64,000 bases of DNA from Candidatus Aminicenantes bacterium (GTDB lineage Bacteria; Acidobacteriota; Aminicenantia; Aminicenantales; UBA4085), in the NCBI GenBank assembly GCA_963729855.1, contig CAVSPT010000005.1:439661-503660 (forward strand). The letters run 5' to 3'. Positions 56,348 through 64,000 of this stretch are shown one piece after another. The notes beneath the pieces were generated by a model. It was not told where the DNA came from. It did not search any database and was given only the letters and a program-made list of their open reading frames with translations. Both the position numbers and the translations under genes were made by a program. Position 1 is the stretch's first letter; the number at the start of each line of letters is the position of its first letter.

Positions 56348-58612
56348 ATGAGTCTAAGCCGAACGCATCAACCCAACGAAATCCTCAGGAAGGAGCAGCT
56401 GGCTCCGGCGATCACGCTGTTCGAAGTCTATGCTCCGCTCGTCGCCCGAACCGTCCGGGCCGGCCAGTTTGTCGTCGTTCGGGCCGACGACTATGCGGAA
56501 CGGATTCCGCTCACGGTCGCCGACCGCAGCCTCGAAAACCAATCCATCACCCTGATCGTCCAAGTCGTCGGCCTCTCGACCAGGAAGATGGACACGCTCA
56601 AAGCCGGGGATGCGTTCCTCGACGTCGTCGGGCCCCTGGGGCAGCCGACGGAGATCAAGAAGGCCGGGACCGTGGTCTGTATCGGGGGAGGCGTCGGCGT
56701 CGCGCCCGTCTATCCCATCACCAAAGCTTTCAGAGCGGCGGGAAGCCGCATTCTGGCCATCATCGGCGCTAAGAACAAAGAGATGATCATCCTGGAAAAC
56801 GAGATGCGGGCCGTGAGCGACGAGCTTTACATCACGACGGACGACGGCACGGCCGGCCGCCGGGGGTTCGTCTCGGACGAACTCCAAAGGCTGATCACGG
56901 ACAAAGTGCCGATCGACCTGGTCATCGCCATCGGGCCCGGGATCATGATGAAAGTCATATCCGACATCACCAGGAAACACGGGATCCCGACGATCATCAG
57001 CCTGAACTCGCTGATGGTGGACGGGACCGGCATGTGCGGCAGCTGCCGGATCACCGTGGGGAACGAGACGAAGTTTGTCTGTGTCGACGGGCCCGAGTTC
57101 GACGCCCACCAGGTGGATTTCCAGGAGCTCCTCAAGAGGTCGGAAATGTACAAGCGAGAGGAGCACCGGGCCATGTGGGATCATGCCTGCCGGCTCCTGG
57201 CCGCCGAGAAGGCGCTCGGCAAGGCCAAACGTCGGGAGCCCATGCCCAAACAGGACCCCAAGCTCCGGGTTCAAAATTTCAACGAGGTCGCCCTGGGCTA
57301 CACCAAGGAGCAGGCCATTCGTGAAGCCTCGCGGTGCTTGAGTTGTAAAAAGTCGCCCTGCGTGGCCGGATGCCCGGTCGACATCGATATCCCGGGCTTC
57401 ATCGAACTCGTCCGGAAGGGCGACCTCATCGCGGCCAGTCATAAGATCAAAGAGAAGAACAGCCTCCCCGCCATCTGCGGACGGGTCTGCCCCCAGGAAG
57501 AGCAATGCGAGGTCGCCTGCGTCCTGTCCAAAAAAGGGCAGCCCATCGCCATCGGTCGGCTGGAACGGTACGTGGCCGATTATGAATTCCAGCAGGGGGA
57601 CGTCCGGATGCCGAAAAATCTGAGCCCGACGGGGAAAAAGGTCGCCGTCATCGGGGCCGGGCCGGCCGGTTTGTCGGCGGCCAGCGAACTTGCCAAAATG
57701 GGGCACAGCGTCATCGTCTTCGAGGCCCTCCACAAGCCGGGCGGCGTTCTCGTTTACGGGATTCCCGAGTTCCGTCTTCCCAAGTGGATCGTCCAGCGCG
57801 AATGCGAATACATCGGCAGGCTGGGGGCCGAAATCCGGGTGAGCCAGGTCGCCGGAAAATCCTTCACCATCGACGACCTTTTGAGCAACGGCTATGATGC
57901 CGTCTTCATCGGGACCGGGGCGGGCCTGCCGTACTTCATGAAAATCCCCGGGGAGAACCTGAACGGGGTGTACTCGGCCAACGAGTTCCTGTCCCGGGTG
58001 AACCTCATGAAGGCCTATCTTTTCCCGGAATTCCAGACCCCCGTCCATTATGGGCAGAAGATCGCCGTCGTGGGAGGCGGGAACGTGGCCATGGATTCCG
58101 CCCGGACCTCGCTCCGCTTGGGAGCCGAAAAAGTCTACCTGATCTACCGCCGGGCGAGAGAACAAATGCCGGCCCGCGAGGAGGAGATCGAGAACGCTTT
58201 CGAGGAAGGCGTCGAACCGCGCCTGCTGACCAATCCCATTCGGATCCTGGGAAACGAAAAAGGCTGGGTGAAGGGGATCGAATGCATCCAGATGGAGCTC
58301 GGAGAAGCGGATGGATCAGGCCGGAGACGGCCAATTCCCAAAAAGGGCTCTGAGCACATTATTGATGTCGACATGGTGATCATGGCCATCGGCCAGGGCC
58401 CCAATCCCCTCTTGACGTCGACGACCGCCGGCTTGGCGCTGACAAAGACGGGGAACATCATTGCCGACGAAACGACGGGCAAGACCTCGAAGAAAGGAGT
58501 GTTCGCCGGCGGCGACATCGTCACCGGCGCGGCCACGGTCATCCTGGCCATGGGGGCGGGCAAAAAGGCGGCCCAATCGATCGACGTCTATTTAAGGACT
58601 GGAGAGTGGTGA
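56348..58612 (+). CDS. Fused NfnA-NfnB-like flavoprotein: PyrK/SudB-like FAD + [2Fe-2S] domain fused to GltD/SudA-like 2x[4Fe-4S] FAD/NAD(P)H oxidoreductase
   Basis: N-terminal half 'GGGVGVAPV', 'CGSCRI...C.DGPEF'. C-terminal half 'CLSCKKSPCVAGCP', 'CGRVCPQEEQCEVAC', 'VAVIGAGPAGLSAA', 'GVFAGGDIVTG'. Confidence 0.8.
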   Translation: MSLSRTHQPNEILRKEQLAPAITLFEVYAPLVARTVRAGQFVVVRADDYAERIPLTVADRSLENQSITLIVQVVGLSTRKMDTLKAGDAFLDVVGPLGQPTEIKKAGTVVCIGGGVGVAPVYPITKAFRAAGSRILAIIGAKNKEMIILENEMRAVSDELYITTDDGTAGRRGFVSDELQRLITDKVPIDLVIAIGPGIMMKVISDITRKHGIPTIISLNSLMVDGTGMCGSCRITVGNETKFVCVDGPEFDAHQVDFQELLKRSEMYKREEHRAMWDHACRLLAAEKALGKAKRREPMPKQDPKLRVQNFNEVALGYTKEQAIREASRCLSCKKSPCVAGCPVDIDIPGFIELVRKGDLIAASHKIKEKNSLPAICGRVCPQEEQCEVACVLSKKGQPIAIGRLERYVADYEFQQGDVRMPKNLSPTGKKVAVIGAGPAGLSAASELAKMGHSVIVFEALHKPGGVLVYGIPEFRLPKWIVQRECEYIGRLGAEIRVSQVAGKSFTIDDLLSNGYDAVFIGTGAGLPYFMKIPGENLNGVYSANEFLSRVNLMKAYLFPEFQTPVHYGQKIAVVGGGNVAMDSARTSLRLGAEKVYLIYRRAREQMPAREEEIENAFEEGVEPRLLTNPIRILGNEKGWVKGIECIQMELGEADGSGRRRPIPKKGSEHIIDVDMVIMAIGQGPNPLLTSTTAGLALTKTGNIIADETTGKTSKKGVFAGGDIVTGAATVILAMGAGKKAAQSIDVYLRTGEW

Positions 58613-58944
58613 GCCCCCTGTTGGCACAACGTCGTCTCCGTCAACCGCCCGGCGTCTGGCTTTCAGCCGCCAGAGCAAACTGTTCAAAGACGCGCGCCCG
58701 GGATGTCTAAAGCGACTTCAATCGGCTGAGCCGGGGCCTGCGCCGGCTCATGGCCGGCAGCCGCAAATTCGGCCTGTCCTCCATCACCCGCGACGACATC
58801 AGCGGCCTCCCCTGCGTCCTCGACGTCGACAAGGACGAGGTGGAAAAGATCCCCAAGGGCCGAGGACGCGGGATCCGACCGACGGAAAAGGGTGCTTTTC
58901 GGGCGCCGCGGGGGCTTGTGGTAAAATAGTTACAAGGACCGACG

Positions 58945-59886
58945 ATGTTCTCAAGACCGCGGCTTGCCGTTGCCGTCCTTCTCTTGGGCCTGGCCGTCGC
59001 CGCGCGCCCGGCCGCGGCCCAGGAAAAAAGCGGGGAACTCACCCACCAGATCTCCGTGCGCGCGATCTCCCTCGCCGTCACCGTCCAGGACAGGTCCGGG
59101 CGGTACGTCAACGACCTGGGCCGGGAGGATTTCACGGTCCTCGAGAACGGCCAGAAGAAGGAGATCACCTATTTCAAATACGATTTCGAGGCCCCCCTGA
59201 GCCTGGCCGTCCTCCTCGACGTCAGCGGAAGCATGGCCCTCCAGGACAAGCTCAAGGACTGCCGGGAGGCTCTGAAGGCTTTGATCACCGGACGTCTCGG
59301 TCCGCGCGACGAGGTCGCGCTCCTCATCTTCGCCGACGGGCAGGTCGAGGTCGCGGCGCCGTTCTCGACCGATAAGACCCGCTTCCTGGCCGTTTTGGAC
59401 AGGACCGAGGCCTTCGGGCAGACGGCCCTGAACGACGCCGTGACCGCATCGTCGGAATTCGCCAACCGGGGGCATAACGAGAAGAGGACCCTCCTCCTGC
59501 TGACGGACGGAATCGAGAACGACAGCCGGACGACCCCGGACCAGGCCCTCCAGATCGCCCGGCGCGTGGACGTCCCCATCTACACGGTCGGATATAAAAT
59601 CCCCCTGAGCGAACGGCTCCTCCTGGAGCATAAGCGGCGCGCGGGGACGACGCCGGCCGGAATCATCGACGATTTGCAGAAGTTCTCCCGGACCACGGGC
59701 GGGAAAGCGTTCCTCTCGAATTCCCCGCCGGAGCTGAAGGGGGCGCTGGACGAGATCCGGCGCGAGGTGAGCCACCAATACCTTTTGGGGTATACTTCCT
59801 ATAAGGATCCGGGGGGCGAGTATAGAGAAATCAGCGTCCTGACCTCCAACAAGGGATATCGAGTCAGGACGCGCCAAGGATATTGA
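58945..59886 (+). CDS. Secreted von Willebrand factor A (VWA) domain protein
   Basis: MIDAS 'LLDVSGSM', signal peptide, AAGGA ribosome-binding site. Confidence 0.75.
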   Translation: MFSRPRLAVAVLLLGLAVAARPAAAQEKSGELTHQISVRAISLAVTVQDRSGRYVNDLGREDFTVLENGQKKEITYFKYDFEAPLSLAVLLDVSGSMALQDKLKDCREALKALITGRLGPRDEVALLIFADGQVEVAAPFSTDKTRFLAVLDRTEAFGQTALNDAVTASSEFANRGHNEKRTLLLLTDGIENDSRTTPDQALQIARRVDVPIYTVGYKIPLSERLLLEHKRRAGTTPAGIIDDLQKFSRTTGGKAFLSNSPPELKGALDEIRREVSHQYLLGYTSYKDPGGEYREISVLTSNKGYRVRTRQGY

Positions 59887-59907
59887 GGGAACTCAAAGGA
59901 GGTCCAC

Positions 59908-60543
59908 ATGAGGAACAGCAGGAGAGCGGCTCTGGTCCTGGCCGTCGCCCTGGTCGGCCTGGTCCTGGCCCCGGCCTGCGCGACCAAGACGATGGTCAAC
60001 GAGCAGATCGCCGGCCTGGACAAGAAGGTCGAGGGCGTGGAGACGTCGGTCGAGGAAAACCAGAAAAGGCTCAAGGAGCACGACGAACGGCTGGCCACCA
60101 TCGGTTCGCTGATCAGCCAGCAAGAGGCCCAATTCAAGGCCGTCGACGGGAAGATCGAAGACGTCCGGAAAGTCGCCCAGGGCAAGCTCCTCTACCAGGA
60201 GACGATCCGGAACAAGGACGCCCATTTCAAGTTCGACAGCTACGAACTGAGCCCGGAGATCAAGTCCGCCCTGGACGCCTTTGTCGAAAAGCTCATCGCC
60301 GAAAACAAAGGAGTCTACCTCGAGATCCAGGGCCACACCGACTCGGTCGGGCCGGAGGAATGGAACCTGATCCTGGGGAACAAACGGGCCGGGGCGGTCC
60401 TCGAATACCTCTACAAGCAGCACCACATCCCGCTCCACCGCATGCAGGTCATCAGTTTCGGGAGCGCCAATCCGGTGGGCGACAACAAGACGGCCGAGGG
60501 ACGGGCCCAGAACCGGAGAGTGGAGGTCCTCGTTTACGAATGA
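59908..60543 (+). CDS. OmpA-family lipoprotein (coiled-coil N-terminal region plus OmpA-like peptidoglycan-binding domain)
   Basis: Lipobox 'LAPAC'. OmpA C-terminal 'IQGHTDSVGPEEWNLILGNKRAGAV...RRVEVLVYE'. AAAGGAGG ribosome-binding site. Confidence 0.8.
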   Translation: MRNSRRAALVLAVALVGLVLAPACATKTMVNEQIAGLDKKVEGVETSVEENQKRLKEHDERLATIGSLISQQEAQFKAVDGKIEDVRKVAQGKLLYQETIRNKDAHFKFDSYELSPEIKSALDAFVEKLIAENKGVYLEIQGHTDSVGPEEWNLILGNKRAGAVLEYLYKQHHIPLHRMQVISFGSANPVGDNKTAEGRAQNRRVEVLVYE

Positions 60544-60610
60544 CCTGAGATTTTGAAGCTTGGAGGGGGGCCTGTCCGGAGGGGGGCGATCCCCCTGCTC
60601 CCGTGCGCCG

Positions 60611-63394
60611 TCAAGTTTCTACGCCGCACCTCTTGCCGGGGTCGGACAGGAAGCCCAGGCCGATCTCGCTGTCGGCATCGATAACGACGCACATCTCACA
60701 GCCGCCGCAGGCCGCGGGCACGTCGATGACCCTCAGGACGCCGGCCAAGTGCTCGTACTCGGGCAGGAGGCCGGGCAAAGAGTTCGGGGACTGGAGGAAG
60801 AAATCCCGGGCGAAAATAATCCCCTCCTCGTCCGGGTAGAGGGCCAGGTAATAGATCCGGGACTCGACCAGGTCCTGGAAGAAATGCGTCCCGAAGGACA
60901 GGTCGGGGACGTAATTGCCGACCTTGCGGGCGATCTCGATCAGCATGGCCGAGTTGTTGATGTCCGAATAGGTGACGTTGACGCCCAGCTTGATGTCCCC
61001 CCGGCTCCCCCACCGGCCCGGGCCCATGAGGACGAAGGAGCGGCGGGGCAGCATGGCGTTGAGCCGGCTGACCGCTTCTCCGATGGCGACCATGTCGCCG
61101 TGCGAGGCCACGGCCGCGTATTCGTCGGGGTCGATATAGACGATGGTCTTGATCCCCCCGACCCGGGCATTGGTCAGGAATTTGTTGGCCGAGAAGAGCT
61201 TGCGTTTTTCCGGGATCCAGCTGGGGACGACGACCGGCACTTCATCGCCCAGGCGGCTCTGGGGGCGGCACTGGAGGATGTGGAGCATGGTCCCGTCATG
61301 GGCGAACTCGACGTCCATGGGGATGCCGAAAGCCTCCTGCAGGACGCGCATGATCTCGCGCATCTGCTTGAGGAAGGGGGTATTTTCGATCAGCCCGGCG
61401 AAGTTGACGACCAGGACGTCGCGGTCAAGCCGGCTCATGGCCCGGCTGGCTTTACGAACCGTGCTCCCGTCGTAGACGGAGAAGAGGCGGTCCCAAAGAG
61501 GAAATCCCTCCCCGACGTCCTGCAGGATGTCCTCGATCGGGTGGGTTTCGAAACGGCGGGTCTCGATGTTGATGACGTCGATGCTCTTCTGGGAGTAATG
61601 GAGGATCTGCTCGGGGGTGGCATTGACGCGGATTCCCGGCTGGCCGGGGCTGACGAGCATGGGATAGTCGTTGCTCAGGCGGTCGACGGCCCGCGTGCCC
61701 AGGCCGGTCACCAGGCGCAGGACGCCGTCCTCGCGCTTGATGCGAGGCGACCAGCGGAATTCGTTGTTTCCGAAGGCCACCCCGGCGAAGGCCGGAAAGA
61801 AATACTTCCCCACCCTTTTCCCGACGACGCGCTGAATGAGGACGCCCATCTCTTCGTAATAGTCGAGCAGGCCGCGTTCGGACCGGTACTGGATGGCGTC
61901 GGGGTTGAAAATGGAGGCGTAGACCTCGGCCACGGCGTCGCCCAGGGCGGCCAGCCGCTCCTCCTTGGTCCCGACATTGGCCAGGAAAAGGCTGCGGTAC
62001 TTCCCGGAAAAGGCCGAGCCGCGGCTGTCCTCGAGCAGGCTCGAGGAGCGGACGATGAGCGGCCCCTCGCCGGCGTCCTCCAGGATGAGCTTGAGCTGGA
62101 CCATCATCTCCGGGGAGAAGAAGGACTGCTTGCAGACCTGTTCGAGATAGGGGTAGTTGTGGCGGATCTCCTCGATGGGCGAGAATTTGAAGCTCTGCAA
62201 ATCCTCGAGGAAATTGTAATGGATAAAGTCCATCAGCCCGTCCGAAGTGACGAACCAGGATTCGGGCACACGGAACTCCCCGATGACCGGATCACCCAAC
62301 GCTTTCTTCCTCAGGATATGCTCGCCCAGGATCATGCCCGCCGACTTCCCCCCCAGCCGGCCGGTTCCCTGGCCGGGGCCCGTGACCCGGGAAAGGACGC
62401 GGTGGAAATCGTGGACAGTCATGTGATCGCGGGCAATGCGGATGAACTGGAGCCGGTCGCTGAGGAAACGGCGGATCAGAGCGATACGGGCCTGAAGATC
62501 GTCCGATTGGGACAGGGCCTGTTCGTCCTCGCGCGTCGAGCGGCAGAAACGGTTGACGATCTCCTTGATCTCGAGCAGGCTGATCTCCCGTTTCTCCATG
62601 GCCACCATGAAGAAATTGAGCTTGTCCTGGCGGGCCCACTGCTTGATCAAGGCGGTCAGGTCGCGGTCGGTCAAGGCCAGGGAGGCGATCCAAAGGGCCT
62701 CCTCAAAGACCTTCTCCAGTGAAGCCACGCTATGCTTGGGCAAAGGCTGGTTTTCGTCACGGCCGGCCGTCAGGTCGCCGCCGTATAATTCCGGGGAGAA
62801 GTGATAGAGAAGGCCCTGCACGCCCGGCACGCCCTGCCAGTGCAGGTGGTTCATAAGCCGCCGCAGGATGCGCTTATAGAGCAGGGGGTCGGTTTCGCGA
62901 AGCAGGTCAAGAATGACCTCCCAATCGGCCTTTCGTTTGCCCGGGGCCTCGACACGGACGTTGGAGCCGTAAGCCGGAGGGACGCCTTCCCAATCCTCGA
63001 TGAGCCGCCCCAGTCGGTTGGCGATGAGCTCAATGAGCTTCTTCTCCTCGAGCGTAAAGGGGTCCTCGCGCCGGGGCGAAGCGTTCTCGAAATAGCAGAC
63101 TTCCAGAGTGCCGACCGTGACGCCGCGCGTCCGCAGCGGAACGCGCTGGATCCATTTGGTCTCGACGAACCCGGGGGAGAAAAAAACGGCCTGGCGATAC
63201 TTGATCCGGGCCCGGCACAGGTCCGGATACTGCCAGCCCGAGGGAATGGTATCGACGATTTTCTGGAGGATTTTCTCCGAGGACAGCCCCGGGGTCCCGA
63301 GGAGGGCGACGATCGCCTGAAGGCACTCCAGTTCCTTGACCCGCTCGCGCAACGCGCCTCCCGGAAATTCGGCCTGCGTCCGGTCTTGGCTCAT
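60611..63394 (-). CDS. Large protein with central PEP/pyruvate-binding (PPDK_N / PEP-synthase N-terminal-like) domain, no recognisable phospho-His swivel motif
   Basis: 'LIVRSSSLLEDSRGSAFSGKYRSLFLANV' matches the PPDK_N core. I could not find a GG(R/K)TSHAAI-type motif. ATG at 63394 after GGGAGG. Confidence 0.6.
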   Translation of the reverse strand: MSQDRTQAEFPGGALRERVKELECLQAIVALLGTPGLSSEKILQKIVDTIPSGWQYPDLCRARIKYRQAVFFSPGFVETKWIQRVPLRTRGVTVGTLEVCYFENASPRREDPFTLEEKKLIELIANRLGRLIEDWEGVPPAYGSNVRVEAPGKRKADWEVILDLLRETDPLLYKRILRRLMNHLHWQGVPGVQGLLYHFSPELYGGDLTAGRDENQPLPKHSVASLEKVFEEALWIASLALTDRDLTALIKQWARQDKLNFFMVAMEKREISLLEIKEIVNRFCRSTREDEQALSQSDDLQARIALIRRFLSDRLQFIRIARDHMTVHDFHRVLSRVTGPGQGTGRLGGKSAGMILGEHILRKKALGDPVIGEFRVPESWFVTSDGLMDFIHYNFLEDLQSFKFSPIEEIRHNYPYLEQVCKQSFFSPEMMVQLKLILEDAGEGPLIVRSSSLLEDSRGSAFSGKYRSLFLANVGTKEERLAALGDAVAEVYASIFNPDAIQYRSERGLLDYYEEMGVLIQRVVGKRVGKYFFPAFAGVAFGNNEFRWSPRIKREDGVLRLVTGLGTRAVDRLSNDYPMLVSPGQPGIRVNATPEQILHYSQKSIDVINIETRRFETHPIEDILQDVGEGFPLWDRLFSVYDGSTVRKASRAMSRLDRDVLVVNFAGLIENTPFLKQMREIMRVLQEAFGIPMDVEFAHDGTMLHILQCRPQSRLGDEVPVVVPSWIPEKRKLFSANKFLTNARVGGIKTIVYIDPDEYAAVASHGDMVAIGEAVSRLNAMLPRRSFVLMGPGRWGSRGDIKLGVNVTYSDINNSAMLIEIARKVGNYVPDLSFGTHFFQDLVESRIYYLALYPDEEGIIFARDFFLQSPNSLPGLLPEYEHLAGVLRVIDVPAACGGCEMCVVIDADSEIGLGFLSDPGKRCGVET

Positions 63395-63518
63395 GCCCGC
63401 CTCCCTGGGATCAAGGGACTCGTCTCAAAGGACTCTCACGACGAAAGCGGCACCCCGGGCCAAGCCTGGGGCCCCGGCCGCCGACAGGGCTATCCTATCA
63501 TGAACGCGGGGTGAAGGG

Positions 63519-63548
63519 AAAAAACCCGCCCCACTCCGCCGATGCGGG
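63519..63548 (-). terminator. Candidate intrinsic terminator after the 3'-terminal GDH gene
   Basis: On the minus strand a short GC stem (cccgc/gcggg) is followed by a U6 tract. Weak stem. Confidence 0.3.
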
Positions 63549-63589
63549 GTAGGGCAGGACAAAAAAAGTTCTACCGGGGACGGACGGAC

Positions 63590-64000
<411 letters not shown>

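Noticed and set aside
56354-58165. 603-aa minus-strand ORF opposite the Nfn-like gene
   Set aside because: The sense frame contains the 2Fe-2S, 4Fe-4S and Rossmann motifs. The antisense ORF has none.
58750-58929. 59-aa ORF (MAGSRKFGLSSITRDDISGLPCVLDVDKDEVEKIPKGRGRG...) in the 330-bp gap at the island's right edge
   Set aside because: No ribosome-binding site and no recognisable domain. It may be a gene remnant at the island boundary, but support is insufficient.
60560-62722. 720-aa plus-strand ORF opposite the 927-aa PPDK_N-domain gene
   Set aside because: Low-complexity antisense translation. The minus-strand frame has the PEP/pyruvate-binding core motif, an ATG and a GGGAGG ribosome-binding site.

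Overview
High-GC (roughly 65-70%) bacterial chromosomal segment, densely coding on both strands and probably from a Gram-negative diderm (Tat signals, lipoboxes, OmpA-domain and MltD-like genes). I see no rRNA, tRNA, CRISPR array, IS element or integrase. From 5' to 3' the window holds: (1) a partial SGNH hydrolase, an MBOAT O-acyltransferase and an MltD-like LysM lytic transglycosylase, which looks like a PatA/PatB-style peptidoglycan or polysaccharide O-acetylation module. (2) A TetR regulator with two flavodoxin-fold reductases, and a divergent SDR. (3) Two tandem paralogous lipoproteins with Gly/Tyr/Arg/Met-rich low-complexity tails, convergent with a short (818 aa) SecA paralog that ends in a predicted transmembrane helix. 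(4) An aldo-keto reductase. (5) An AddB/AddA-like helicase-nuclease pair joined by an ATGA overlap. (6) A two-gene membrane-protein operon. (7) Flavodoxins, a Tat-exported ferredoxin, and a run of signal-peptide-bearing hydrolases: GH116, a Memo/LigB-like protein, an esterase, a Tat nitroreductase-like protein, a beta-propeller/phosphoesterase fusion, a beta-lactamase-family serine hydrolase and a GH27 alpha-galactosidase, with an Nramp/MntH transporter among them. (8) An 11-gene complex-I operon, nuoABCDHIJKLMN, with no nuoEFG, preceded by a PadR regulator and a PadR-associated membrane protein. (9) A lower-GC island of about 10 kb (roughly 48.2-58.7 kb) carrying NADP-GdhA, a split ComDE-like TPP decarboxylase, a response regulator with an N-terminal Cys-rich domain, a histidine kinase whose sensor is an [FeFe]-hydrogenase-like (HydS-type) domain, a stand-alone receiver, a REC-PAS hybrid kinase, and a fused NfnA-NfnB-like flavoprotein. 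(10) A VWA protein, an OmpA-domain lipoprotein, a 927-aa protein with a PEP/pyruvate-binding domain, and the 3' end of a second glutamate dehydrogenase. The most unusual element is the sensory-hydrogenase-like kinase cascade sitting beside the fused Nfn-like enzyme. Many long ORFs on the opposite strand of real genes are the usual high-GC artefacts and are ignored.
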